Shown here piece by piece: positions 20,701 through 30,857 of a stretch of 64,000 nucleotides of DNA. Position 1 is the first letter of the stretch, and every line of letters starts with the position of its first letter. Below the pieces are notes generated by a model. That model had not been told where the DNA came from, ran no database searches, and saw only the letters and a list, made by a program, of their open reading frames with translations. The position numbers and the translations under genes were made by a program. Origin of the DNA: Evtepia sp. (lineage in GTDB: Bacteria; Bacillota; Clostridia; Lachnospirales; Lachnospiraceae); the NCBI GenBank assembly GCA_963597265.1, contig CAVBPJ010000005.1, forward strand, positions 582 through 64,581, written 5' to 3'.

Positions 20701-21650
20701 TTGTGACTCACATGCTCACTACGGAATTTCTCAATCATTTCCCTTGTGAGACTGATATGGTCATCAATTACATCTATATCATCTGCCTTGACCCATGTGC
20801 CGACCGATAACTCATCTTCTTCAAGAGTTATTGTGTCGTCACCGTCAAGCTCACAGAAGTAACCAAGAAGCTGAGAACCGCTAAGTCCCCAAGGCTGGCT
20901 CTTGTAATATGTGATGTTCTTAACCTTCACACCTACTTCTTCCATAACCTCTCTGCTTACAGTTTCCTCTGTTGTCTCACCAATCTCAGTGAATCCGGCA
21001 ATAAGTGCATAATTCCTGTAAGTTCTTCCCGCGTATTTAGTAAGAAGAATTCTGTCCTTATCAGTAACTGCAACGATAACAGCAGGGCATATCTTAGGAA
21101 ATACCATATTCTTACAGCAGTCACAGCGTAACATTCTCTGCTTGTCATCATGCTTAAGTGGTTTTCCGCATCTTCCACAGAAATGATTATCCCTGTACCA
21201 GCCATACAGATGAAATGCAGTGATAGCTGCATATGCGTGCTCTCTAGGCTGTGCCTTACGGAATGAATCAACTCCGATGAATTCATACCCTCTGACGAAA
21301 GAATACATATCCTTGTGTACCGCTGAATCTGCCATCTCACCTAAGAACGTACCTCTTTCAAGGCTTCCCGTCTTTCTTGCAAGGAAAAAATGCTCCTCAT
21401 CAATTGATAACAGATAGATAAATTCAAAGTTATCCACAGCTTTGTCTCCGTAAGAGGACTTTATCCCCTGAACGAACTCACCATACTGTGGATATATTAA
21501 TACATTTTCTTCAGGATTCTCTGAGTTAAAATGTCCTGATGGTTTTGCAAGCAATGAGGACCCCTGAAAATAAAACACAGTGTCCTCATCGCATGGCTTA
21601 AGATTCTTATACTGGTTATCCAGATGCTTTGGCCATATATCCTGTATCAT
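20697..21650 (-). CDS. nudC: NADH pyrophosphatase NudC
   Basis: FCGRCG...CDCC zinc ribbon, Nudix box AGFTEIGETTEETVSREVMEEVG, SQPW. Confidence 0.93.
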   Translation of the reverse strand: MIQDIWPKHLDNQYKNLKPCDEDTVFYFQGSSLLAKPSGHFNSENPEENVLIYPQYGEFVQGIKSSYGDKAVDNFEFIYLLSIDEEHFFLARKTGSLERGTFLGEMADSAVHKDMYSFVRGYEFIGVDSFRKAQPREHAYAAITAFHLYGWYRDNHFCGRCGKPLKHDDKQRMLRCDCCKNMVFPKICPAVIVAVTDKDRILLTKYAGRTYRNYALIAGFTEIGETTEETVSREVMEEVGVKVKNITYYKSQPWGLSGSQLLGYFCELDGDDTITLEEDELSVGTWVKADDIDVIDDHISLTREMIEKFRSEHVSHN

Positions 21651-21651
21651 A

Positions 21652-22599
21652 TTAGAAGAACACCATCTCTTCCTTAGGTGCTCCTGTCTTTTCTACGCTT
21701 TCAACGTAAAGAACAGGACCTTTCTTCTTATATGCCATCTGGAATTCATACTTAATAGTAGCTGTAACCCATATCCACTCTCTGTTTTCAAGAGAAGCTA
21801 TGTTGTTGTAGAAGCTGATATAACCAATAAACTGTGTATCTTCTGCACAGCATGTCATAACTTTTCTTCCCGGAACGAAATTCTTATCCTTAAAGTACTT
21901 GTTCTTAAGAACCTGTCCCTTGAATCTTACCTTCTTGCCTGCATATACTTCCGGTCTTTCAGACACATCCATATACCAGATACCATAATCTTCATCATCA
22001 ACCTGAATAACATCAGCATTGATATCATATGGAAGCTGCTCAGATATAGCAACCTGATCACCCTTCTCATCCTCGAAGATAATCTGAAGTGCAGGATTTA
22101 ATGCTCTCATGCTTCTTCTGTAGCTGCCAAGATCCATACCTGACTTGCATCTGTTAAAGATAACCATATCAGCATACTTAACAGACTCTGCAATAATAGA
22201 CTTCATGTTAGCCCACTGTAAGCCAAATGAATTGGCGTCAACTAAAGTTATAGACTGGTATACCTGCCATCCTCTTGGCTTCTCACTTCCAAGAATAAGC
22301 GCTGGATCCCACATTCCGTTATATTCTACAATAACAATCCATGGATCATACTTCTTGTCCAGCTCATTAAGAGTCTTGATATTAAAATCTTCCTTCTCAA
22401 CAACAACCATATCAACACCGTTGTCCTTAAGAAGCTTCTCGCTGTACTCCTCTTCACCTTCTTCGCACACAATAAGAAGCTTGTTCTTAGCATCTGCAAA
22501 CTGTCCCATTGCTATAGTATCGGAGATAAATCTTGTTTTACCGCTGTCAAGCTGACCGTTAATCAAGAAAATCGGAATCTGATATTCCTCATTTGCCAT
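21652..22599 (-). CDS. Degenerate CobW/COG0523-like GTPase fused to a C-terminal TCCA domain
   Basis: NGQLDSGKT, CEEGEE, VEYNGMW, IFNRC; C-terminal MTCCAED; GAGGA RBS before ATG 22599. Confidence 0.7.
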   Translation of the reverse strand: MANEEYQIPIFLINGQLDSGKTRFISDTIAMGQFADAKNKLLIVCEEGEEEYSEKLLKDNGVDMVVVEKEDFNIKTLNELDKKYDPWIVIVEYNGMWDPALILGSEKPRGWQVYQSITLVDANSFGLQWANMKSIIAESVKYADMVIFNRCKSGMDLGSYRRSMRALNPALQIIFEDEKGDQVAISEQLPYDINADVIQVDDEDYGIWYMDVSERPEVYAGKKVRFKGQVLKNKYFKDKNFVPGRKVMTCCAEDTQFIGYISFYNNIASLENREWIWVTATIKYEFQMAYKKKGPVLYVESVEKTGAPKEEMVFF

Positions 22600-22680
22600 A
22601 TTTATCCTCATTTCCGCGCATCTGCGCTATCATTTCATTATAAATGCGTTGTAAAAATGTGTTCTTCTATTAAACACTAA

Positions 22681-24060
22681 TTAAACTTCGAAAAGTTCCT
22701 TAAGAGCATCTTCCTTAAGTTCAGAACCGATTACGCAGATTCTTCCTGTGAAATCAGCACTTCCTTCACGAATCTCATATTCTTCTGGTACAAGGTCGAA
22801 ATACATCCATGTTCCATCTGTGCAAGGAAGCATACCCTTAGAACGGAGAACCTTACCATAATCTTCACTCTCAGAAAGCTTCTTTAATATGCTGTCAAGT
22901 TCTGCCTTCTCATACTTCTTAGGAGTCTCTGTTCCCCAGCTTGTGAATACATCATCTGCATGATGATGGTGATGATCATGGTCATGATGATGTTCATGCT
23001 CGTGGTCATGGTCGTGATGATGCTCATGTTCCTCATCATGGTCGTGATGATGTTCATGCTCGTGGTCATGGTCGTGATGATGCTCATGTTCCTCATCATG
23101 GTCGTGATGATGTTCATGCTCGTGGTCATGGTCGTGATGATGCTCATGTTCCTCATCATGGTCGTGATGATGTTCATGCTCGTGGTCATGGTCGTGATGA
23201 TGCTCATGTTCCTCATCATGGTCGTGATGATGTTCATGCTCGTGGTCATGGTCGTGATGATGCTCATGTTCCTCATCATGGTCGTGGTGATGTTCATGCT
23301 CGTGGTCATGGTCGTGATGATGCTCATGCTCGTCATCATCATCGTCATGATGTCCGCCACAACAGCAGCACTCTCCATCTTCATGATGATGGTGGTGATG
23401 TTCCTTCTCATGCTCCTCATAAGCCTTCTGTGCTGCCTCTGCAAGCATGTCTAACTCAAGGTTAGTAACATTCTCCATTGCACCAAGAATCTTAGTTCCA
23501 TCAATATCATCCCAAGGAGTTGTGATGATATGTGCATTAGGATTAACACTCTTAATAAGCTCAATAGCTGTCTTTAACTTTTCTTCAGAAACATTCTGTG
23601 TTCTGCTTAAGATAACAGTTCCTGCATGCTCAATCTGATTATTAAAGAACTCACCGAAGTTCTTCATATATACCTTAACCTTAGAAGCATCTGCAACTGT
23701 TGATGCACTGTTAAGAACGATTTCATTCTCAATGTGAAGGTCTTTAACAGCCTTGATAACATCTGAAAGCTTGCCTACACCTGAAGGTTCAATAATAATT
23801 CTGTCTGGGTGATACTTGTCCACAACTTCCTTAAGAGAAGTTCCGAAATCACCAACAAGTGAACAGCAGATACAGCCTGAGTTCATCTCTCTTATCTCAA
23901 CGCCGGAATCCTTAAGGAATCCTCCGTCAATACCGATTTCACCAAACTCATTCTCAATAAGAACTACCTGCTCTCCCTTTAAAGCTTCCTTTAAAAGCTT
24001 GCTTATAAGTGTTGTTTTACCGGCTCCTAAAAAGCCTGAAATTATATCTACTTTAGTCAT
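22681..24060 (-). CDS. CobW/COG0523 metallochaperone GTPase with very long His-rich insert
   Basis: GFLGAGKTT, ENEFGE, GCICC, IEPSG, RSKG; His/Asp/Glu repeat of about 150 aa. Confidence 0.92.
   Translation of the reverse strand: MTKVDIISGFLGAGKTTLISKLLKEALKGEQVVLIENEFGEIGIDGGFLKDSGVEIREMNSGCICCSLVGDFGTSLKEVVDKYHPDRIIIEPSGVGKLSDVIKAVKDLHIENEIVLNSASTVADASKVKVYMKNFGEFFNNQIEHAGTVILSRTQNVSEEKLKTAIELIKSVNPNAHIITTPWDDIDGTKILGAMENVTNLELDMLAEAAQKAYEEHEKEHHHHHHEDGECCCCGGHHDDDDDEHEHHHDHDHEHEHHHDHDEEHEHHHDHDHEHEHHHDHDEEHEHHHDHDHEHEHHHDHDEEHEHHHDHDHEHEHHHDHDEEHEHHHDHDHEHEHHHDHDEEHEHHHDHDHEHEHHHDHDHHHHHADDVFTSWGTETPKKYEKAELDSILKKLSESEDYGKVLRSKGMLPCTDGTWMYFDLVPEEYEIREGSADFTGRICVIGSELKEDALKELFEV
22981..23340. 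repeat. 60-bp tandem repeat (about 6 copies, four identical) encoding HEHHHDHDHEHEHHHDHDEE
   Basis: Lines starting 23041, 23101, 23161 and 23221 are identical; flanking copies differ at few positions; 30-bp sub-period. Confidence 0.97.
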
Positions 24061-24176
24061 CTTAATCAACCTTTCCGCAGTATATGACTGCTCTTTTCTC
24101 TCATATTTTCAATTATACACTTCTTGTCAATCCCTATTTGAAAAGAAAATGTAAAATTTTATTAAAAATGTTTTAA

Positions 24177-25130
24177 TCAGACGGAAATTCCCATGCTCTG
24201 TCTTAATTCATCAGCCTTCTCACCAATCTTTCTCAACCTGTGATTCACACCTGATTTACCAACCGGCGGGTCTAACATCTCGCCAAGTCCCTGAAGGCTC
24301 ATGTCAGGATTCTCAAGTCTTAAAAGAGCAACCTGCATCAGGCTGTCGCTTAAACTGTCCAGTCCGACAGTGTCTCTTATAAGTTCAATATCCTTAATCT
24401 GCTTGACCGCCGCCTCAATCGTCTTGTTAAGATTAGCAGTCTCACAGTTTACCTTCCTGTTGACATCGTTGCTGATTCCCTTAAGAATCATGACATTAAA
24501 CAGATTCATCTGTGAAACAACCGCTCCCATAAGGTTAAGGGTATCAGTTATATTATTACCCTCTTTCATGTATACAACAAAACTATTTTTTCTTACGATG
24601 ACCTTGGCATCAAGCCCGAAGAACCGCAGCATATCCATAAGAATATCAGCGTCCTCTTCATATTTGCACACAATCTCATAGTGATAGAACTTATTCGGGT
24701 CGCTTATAGAACCTCGTTCCATGAAAGCTCCTCTTATAAATGCTTTCTTACAGCAGTCCATAGCTACAATCCTTGAATCTACAAAGACCGGCTCAATCTG
24801 TGTGAACTGGTCATCACACCATTTTAAAGTCTGTAATATCTTGGCAACATCACTCTGTCCTGTGATTCTTACAATAGTTTCCTTGCCATTCTTAACCACT
24901 TCATTAGTATCAGCATCCATCTTAATGCTAAATATTCTCAATAACAGGTCACCAAACTTCTCTACAGATAATTCATTCTCTGTAACGAACTCCAGACACA
25001 GCTCTCCATTATCTGTCTCGCTTACATTGCCAGACATTCCCATAAATGCAGCAAATTCCGCAATCTGGCAATGCCTCGCGGAATCTGTCTTCTTAACTAA
25101 CTCTTCTTTTACTTCTGATGAAAACGACAT
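24177..25130 (-). CDS. whiA: DNA-binding protein WhiA
   Basis: MSFSSEVKEEL, RGAF..GSISDP, VNRKVNCETANL, GKSGVNHRLRK. Confidence 0.95.
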   Translation of the reverse strand: MSFSSEVKEELVKKTDSARHCQIAEFAAFMGMSGNVSETDNGELCLEFVTENELSVEKFGDLLLRIFSIKMDADTNEVVKNGKETIVRITGQSDVAKILQTLKWCDDQFTQIEPVFVDSRIVAMDCCKKAFIRGAFMERGSISDPNKFYHYEIVCKYEEDADILMDMLRFFGLDAKVIVRKNSFVVYMKEGNNITDTLNLMGAVVSQMNLFNVMILKGISNDVNRKVNCETANLNKTIEAAVKQIKDIELIRDTVGLDSLSDSLMQVALLRLENPDMSLQGLGEMLDPPVGKSGVNHRLRKIGEKADELRQSMGISV

Positions 25131-25132
25131 AC

Positions 25133-26011
25133 TTAACCTTTTCTCTTAGAATCTTTCTCAATATCTCTGTGTTCAACCTTACAGCCATATTCGGTCTTGC
25201 TTATAATGTTATATATCTCATTCGCAAGAGTAACTGAACGGTGCTTTCCTCCCGTGCATCCAATTGCAATAACAAGGCTGTTCTTTCCTTCCTTAACATA
25301 ATTAGGCAGAAGGAACTTCAATAAATCATCTATCTTTTCCAGAAATTCTGTTGTTTCCGGAGCTTTCTTCACATAATCCTGTACTGGCTTATCATTGCCG
25401 GTAAGATGCTTAAGTTCTTCAATATAATATGGATTAGGCAGAAATCTTACATCAAACACAAGGTCTGCATCTGCAGGTATTCCATATTTGAAGCCGAAAG
25501 AAAGAACCGTAACAAACAGATTCTTGAAATTCTTATCGTCAAAGAATATACTCTCAAGCTCTGCCTTAAGTTCTCTTGTAAGCATCTGGCTTGTGTCGAT
25601 TATGACATCAGCTCTGTTCTTTAAGAACTTAAGCTCATCTCTCTCAAGCTTTATTACATTATCTATTCTGTCATGGTCATCCTTCGCAAGCGGATGAGTT
25701 CTTCTTGTCTCCTTATACCGCTTGACCAGCACATCATCTCTAGACTCAAGAAACAGAATTGTATAGTTAAAATGCTTCTCCAGCATATCATCAAGCACTG
25801 AATCCAGCTCTGCAAGTGCGTGACCACTTCTTATATCTACGCCAATGGCTATATTACTGTAACCATCATCACCAGCATTAGCAAGCTCTGCGAACTTAGG
25901 AATCAGAGATATTGGCATATTATCAACACAATAATATCCCTCATCTTCTAACACATTAAGTGCCGTAGATTTACCTGCACCTGACATACCTGTAACAATA
26001 ATCATCTTCAT
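25133..26011 (-). CDS. rapZ: RNase adapter RapZ / YvcJ
   Basis: TGMSGAGKS, VDNMP, SFGFKYG, DVRFLPNP, GCTGGKHRSV. Confidence 0.95.
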   Translation of the reverse strand: MKMIIVTGMSGAGKSTALNVLEDEGYYCVDNMPISLIPKFAELANAGDDGYSNIAIGVDIRSGHALAELDSVLDDMLEKHFNYTILFLESRDDVLVKRYKETRRTHPLAKDDHDRIDNVIKLERDELKFLKNRADVIIDTSQMLTRELKAELESIFFDDKNFKNLFVTVLSFGFKYGIPADADLVFDVRFLPNPYYIEELKHLTGNDKPVQDYVKKAPETTEFLEKIDDLLKFLLPNYVKEGKNSLVIAIGCTGGKHRSVTLANEIYNIISKTEYGCKVEHRDIEKDSKRKG

Positions 26012-26083
26012 CTTATCATCTTCTCTTTCTTATCAGTCTTTATGTCTGTCTTTAATTGCCATTCTTTTCAACTATCAGACGGC

Positions 26084-27019
26084 TTAGAATCCGACCTTAA
26101 CAACTTCCAGTTCAAGCTTAACACCGAACTTATCCATAACAACGTTCTTAATATAATCAGTAAGTTCACATACATCCTTCGCAGTTGCATCACCCTTATT
26201 GACAACGAATCCCGCGTGCTTCTCAGATACCTGTGCACCACCTCTTGCACATCCCTTAAGACCTGCATCCTCAATAAGTTTCGCTGCAAAATATCCTTCC
26301 GGTCTCTTAAATGTGCTTCCGGCACTAGGATACTCAAGAGGCTGTTTTTCTCTTCTCTTAGCTGCAAGCTCTGAGATATTCTTTCTGATTGTATCAAGCT
26401 CGCCTTTTCTTAATCTTAATATTGCTTCAAGAACAATCATATTGCTCCTTGCGACAATACTTGTTCTGTATCCAAGTTCAAGCTCATCAGCAGAAAGCTC
26501 CCTGATAACACCTTCATCATCAATAACCTTTGCACTGACAATAATATCCTTTAATTCTCCTCCATAAGCACCTGCATTCATTCTTACTGCACCGCCTATG
26601 CATCCCGGAATACCTGTTGCAAACTCGAATCCTGCAATTCCATCAGATGCAAGCTGGTTACCAAGTCTTGTCAGCTTCATGCCTGCACTTGCTTTGACGA
26701 ACACATCATCTGAATCCGTCTGTGAACCATCAAGTATCTCAAACCCTGAGAACGCATCGCCAAGCTCAACAACTACTCCCCTGAAGCCTTCATCACTTAC
26801 AAGAATATTACTTCCATTACCAATAACAATATATTCAATGTCCGATTTTTTCAAAAATGTAATAACATCTGCTATCTGCTTCTCTGTCTGTGGTGTTACA
26901 TAATAATCAGCAGCACCTCCGATTCTGAATGTAGTATGTGACTTCATCGGTTCACCTATTCTTACATTCCCAGTACCAAGCATCGATATCAATGCTTCTG
27001 ATAACATCTTATTATCCAT
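26084..27019 (-). CDS. murB: UDP-N-acetylenolpyruvoylglucosamine reductase
   Basis: HTTFRIGG, GNGSNIL, GIPG.IGGAVRMNAGAYG, QPLEYPSAGSTFKRP, SEKHAGF. Confidence 0.96.
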   Translation of the reverse strand: MDNKMLSEALISMLGTGNVRIGEPMKSHTTFRIGGAADYYVTPQTEKQIADVITFLKKSDIEYIVIGNGSNILVSDEGFRGVVVELGDAFSGFEILDGSQTDSDDVFVKASAGMKLTRLGNQLASDGIAGFEFATGIPGCIGGAVRMNAGAYGGELKDIIVSAKVIDDEGVIRELSADELELGYRTSIVARSNMIVLEAILRLRKGELDTIRKNISELAAKRREKQPLEYPSAGSTFKRPEGYFAAKLIEDAGLKGCARGGAQVSEKHAGFVVNKGDATAKDVCELTDYIKNVVMDKFGVKLELEVVKVGF

Positions 27020-27042
27020 ATACAATCTCACTATCCTTAATA

Positions 27043-27984
27043 TTAATTTCCAAGAATAAGCTTTGCTGCTCCGTACATTCCTGCATCATTACCAAGTGTA
27101 GCCTTAACTATCTTAGTCTGTCTGCTCGCATGGAACACACATTCCTTATAATACTTATCAATAAGATTGATAAAATATTCCCCTGCAGCAGAAACTCCTC
27201 CTCCAATTACAAATACCTCAGGGTCAACCATTCCGGCTGCACATGCAAGTCCTTTGCCAAGATATCTGCATACATACTCTGTTACCTGTATAGCAAGGGC
27301 ATCTCCTCCCTTAGCCTCGTCAAATATAACCTTTGCTGATATGTATGGAACACTTCTTAAAGAAGAAGGCATATCACTCTCTGCAAGCATACGGTTAGCT
27401 GTTCTTACAATACCTGTCGCAGAAGCGACCTGTTCAAGACAGCCCTTCTTGCCACAGTTGCAGCTCTCAGTCTCACCTTCAACAAGCGGAATATGTCCTA
27501 TCTCGCCTGCTGCCCCGTTAAATCCATAAAGCGGCTTTCCATCAATGATAACTCCGCCGCCTACACCGGTGCCTATTGTCACCATAATCATACTGTTGTA
27601 TTCGCTTCCGCCGCCTACCCAGAATTCCCCGAGTGCTGCCATATTGGCATCATTACCAATCTTAACAGGAATACCTGTAAGCTCTGATAATACATTGGCT
27701 GCATTGAATACACCCCAGCCTAAGTTAATACATTTGTTGACCGTTCCATCTTCAAGACATGCGCCAGGAAGTCCCATTCCGATTCCTTTAACATCTTCTG
27801 CTGTCAGATTCATATCTGCAAGAACACCTTTGATATATTCACTTATATCAGGAAGAATCAGGCTTCCGCCCTCATCCTTTCTTGTAGGAATCTCTTCTTT
27901 TCTTAAGAGTTCACCTTCTTCAGAAAATGTTCCACATTTGCAGGTTGTTCCTCCGACATCGATTCCAAATACAATCTTACTCAT
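27043..27984 (-). CDS. glcK: ROK family glucokinase
   Basis: GIDVGGT, NDANMAALGE, GTGVGGG, GEIGH, CNCGKKGCLE. Confidence 0.92.
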   Translation of the reverse strand: MSKIVFGIDVGGTTCKCGTFSEEGELLRKEEIPTRKDEGGSLILPDISEYIKGVLADMNLTAEDVKGIGMGLPGACLEDGTVNKCINLGWGVFNAANVLSELTGIPVKIGNDANMAALGEFWVGGGSEYNSMIMVTIGTGVGGGVIIDGKPLYGFNGAAGEIGHIPLVEGETESCNCGKKGCLEQVASATGIVRTANRMLAESDMPSSLRSVPYISAKVIFDEAKGGDALAIQVTEYVCRYLGKGLACAAGMVDPEVFVIGGGVSAAGEYFINLIDKYYKECVFHASRQTKIVKATLGNDAGMYGAAKLILGN

Positions 27985-28930
27985 CGTCTTCCTCTCCACC
28001 TCTCATGAGGTTCTCCTGTACTCTTCTGTACAACTCCTTAGCTGCATTATATCCCATCTTCTTCTGTCTGTGGTTAACCGCTGCTGACTCAACAATAACA
28101 GCAAGATTTCGTCCCGGTCTGATTGGAAGTGTATGACACACAACCTTATTGCCAAGATATTCTATATATTCTTCTTCAAGTCCGAGTCTGTCATATTCTC
28201 TGTCCTTATTCCAGTCCTCAAGCTTGATAACCATATCGATTTCCTGAGTTTCCTTAACACTTTCAACACCGAAAAGTGTCTTAACATCGATAATACCAAT
28301 ACCTCTAAGCTCAATAAAGTACTTGGTAACTCCAGGTGCGCTTCCGACTAAAGTCTCATCACTGACCTTTCTTATCTCAACCGCATCATCAGTTACAAGA
28401 CGATGACCTCTCTTAATAAGTTCAAGCGCAGCCTCGCTCTTACCGATACCAGACTCACCTGTGATAAGCACGCCGACACCATATACATCAACAAGTACAC
28501 CGTGGATTACGATACAAGGCGCAAGCTGTACCTTCAACCAGCGGATTACTTCTGCTGTGAATGAAGATGTTGCCTGATCTGTCATAAGAAGCGGAATCTG
28601 ATACTTAACCGCAAGCTCAATAACCTTAGGCTCTGGCTTTAAATTCCTGCAGAATATAATACATGGAATATTACTTGATAAAAGCTGCATATATCTTTCA
28701 TATCTCTCCTGCTCAGAAAGACTTGCAAGATAAGCATGCTCAACATTACCGATAATCTGTAAACGGTCATTGTCAAACTGGTCATAGAAACCTGTAAGCT
28801 GCAAAGCCGGTCTGTTTACATCCGGAAGATTAAGCCAGATTCCTGACGCATCTATCTGCGGTGTAAGATTAACAAGATTCATTTTCTGGATAACTTTAGA
28901 TAACTTTACCCTCTCTTTACCATTACTCAT
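27977..28930 (-). CDS. hprK: HPr(Ser) kinase/phosphatase
   Basis: VNRPALQLTG, HGVLVDVYGVGVLITGESGIGKSE, ELRGIGII, PGRNLA. Confidence 0.97.
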   Translation of the reverse strand: MSNGKERVKLSKVIQKMNLVNLTPQIDASGIWLNLPDVNRPALQLTGFYDQFDNDRLQIIGNVEHAYLASLSEQERYERYMQLLSSNIPCIIFCRNLKPEPKVIELAVKYQIPLLMTDQATSSFTAEVIRWLKVQLAPCIVIHGVLVDVYGVGVLITGESGIGKSEAALELIKRGHRLVTDDAVEIRKVSDETLVGSAPGVTKYFIELRGIGIIDVKTLFGVESVKETQEIDMVIKLEDWNKDREYDRLGLEEEYIEYLGNKVVCHTLPIRPGRNLAVIVESAAVNHRQKKMGYNAAKELYRRVQENLMRGGEEDDE

Positions 28931-29018
28931 ATATTCACTGCCTCCAAACTCATGTTTACGATTTCATATATCCTAAGTTTATCACAGACAAGCCTTAAAA
29001 GCTATTATAAAAGTATTA

Positions 29019-30857
29019 TCAATGGAAGAATTTGTATATATTCTCTGCCACATTTTCAGTAATACCATCTGCCTTCATAAGCTCGTCCACCGATGCCTGT
29101 CGTATCTTTTCTATGTCAAGAAAATGCTTCATAAGTGCCTTTCTTCTTACAGGTCCGATTCCTTCAATCGAATCAAGAACAGAAGATACCTGAGCCTTGT
29201 CTCTTAAGCTTCTGTGGTAAGTTATTGCAAATCTGTGTGCCTCATCCTGCACTCTTGTAATCAGTTTAAAGCCCTCGCTGTGCTTGTCTATCGGTATCTC
29301 TACATTATTATAGTACAGACCTCTTGTGCTATGGGTATCATCCTTTACCATACCGCATACAGGAATGTTAAGCCCCAGCTCCTTAAGAACATCAAGTGCA
29401 ATATTTACCTGACCTCGTCCACCATCCATCATAATAAGGTCTGGATATCTTGAAAATCCGTGGCTCTCCTCAAGTCCTTCCCTCTCACGCATACCTCTTG
29501 TGAATCGTCTTGTAAGAACCTCTCTCATGCTCTTATAGTCATCAGGACCTTTTACAGTCCTTATCTTGAACTTACGGTAATCATTCTTCTTAGGTCTTCC
29601 GTCCTCGAACACAACCATAGAACCAACACTCTCAACACCATTGGTATTAGATATATCGTATGCCTCTGCCCTGTGAAGCGTTCCCAGTCCAAGCCAGTCG
29701 GCAATCTCTTTCATTGCGCCTGTTGTCCTGCTCTCCTCACGCTTAATCTTCTCAGCGTCCTGTGTAAGAACAAGCTGTGCATTCTTATATGCAAGTTCAA
29801 CCATCTTCTCCTTGTCACCCTTCTTAGGTGTGACAATGCTTACCTTACGGTCCTTTCTTGCGCTGAGCCACTGTGCTATTGTATCCGAATCTTCTATCTC
29901 ATACTGCACCATAATAATATTGGGTATAAATGGAGTTCCACCGTAATACTGCTTCATAAATTCCGAAATTATGTCGCTCTTAGTATCCCCCTCTGCAACC
30001 TTCATATGGAAATGGTCTCTTCCAAGAAGCTTACCCTGTCTGATAAAGAACACCTGCACAACTGCGTCCTGACCGTCACTTGCACATGCAATAACATCCC
30101 TGTCGTTGACATCATCCGCTGTAATCTTCTGCTTCTGTGCAACCTGCTTAACGCTCATTAACAGGTCTCTGTATCTGGCAGCTTCCTCATACTCCATCTT
30201 TTCAGACGCTTCCTGCATCTGTGTTGTAAGCCTGTCCATAATCTTCTTGTAATCACCATTCAGGAAACTTACAACCTCATCAATTCTTCTTCTGTATTCC
30301 TCACCGCTTACATATCCCTGACACGGTGCATCACACTGTCCGATATGGTAATTAAGGCATGGTCTGTCCTTACCTTCATCTTTAGGCAGATTTCTGTTAC
30401 AGGTTCTTACCTTATACAGCTTGCATAACAGTTCAATAGTGTCCTTGACTGCTGCCGCAGAAGTGTAAGGTCCGAAATACTTGCCCGCTCCATGCTTCAT
30501 TTTCCTTGCAAAAAGCACCCTCGGATACTCCTCGCCAACGGTAATCTTAATAAAAGGATAACTCTTGTCATCCTTTAACATAGTGTTGTACTTAGGTCTG
30601 TGCTCCTTGATAAGATTGCACTCTAAAACAAGCGCCTCAAGTTCAGAATCCGTGATAATATATTCAAAATACTGAATATGCGACACCATCTGCACAATCT
30701 TGGCAGACTTATTCCTGCTGCTCTGGAAATACTGTCTTACACGATTCTTTAAAATCTTCGCCTTACCTATATATATTATGTTGTCCCATTTATCATGCAT
30801 AATATAAACTCCCGGTTTTGCCGGGAGTTTCTTAAGCTCTTCTTCTAAATTAAACAT
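29019..30857 (-). CDS. uvrC: Excinuclease ABC subunit C
   Basis: GIY-YIG PGVY...[32 protein letters not shown], HhH motifs. Confidence 0.97.
   Translation of the reverse strand: MFNLEEELKKLPAKPGVYIMHDKWDNIIYIGKAKILKNRVRQYFQSSRNKSAKIVQMVSHIQYFEYIITDSELEALVLECNLIKEHRPKYNTMLKDDKSYPFIKITVGEEYPRVLFARKMKHGAGKYFGPYTSAAAVKDTIELLCKLYKVRTCNRNLPKDEGKDRPCLNYHIGQCDAPCQGYVSGEEYRRRIDEVVSFLNGDYKKIMDRLTTQMQEASEKMEYEEAARYRDLLMSVKQVAQKQKITADDVNDRDVIACASDGQDAVVQVFFIRQGKLLGRDHFHMKVAEGDTKSDIISEFMKQYYGGTPFIPNIIMVQYEIEDSDTIAQWLSARKDRKVSIVTPKKGDKEKMVELAYKNAQLVLTQDAEKIKREESRTTGAMKEIADWLGLGTLHRAEAYDISNTNGVESVGSMVVFEDGRPKKNDYRKFKIRTVKGPDDYKSMREVLTRRFTRGMREREGLEESHGFSRYPDLIMMDGGRGQVNIALDVLKELGLNIPVCGMVKDDTHSTRGLYYNNVEIPIDKHSEGFKLITRVQDEAHRFAITYHRSLRDKAQVSSVLDSIEGIGPVRRKALMKHFLDIEKIRQASVDELMKADGITENVAENIYKFFH

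Noticed and set aside
21430..21438. DnaA box TTATCCACA
   Set aside because: Single copy inside nudC, no cluster; compatible with chance.
22884..23454. Met/Thr-rich and Met/Val-rich ORFs (22884-23444 minus, 22960-23454 plus)
   Set aside because: Alternative frames of the His-codon tandem repeat inside the CobW-like gene.
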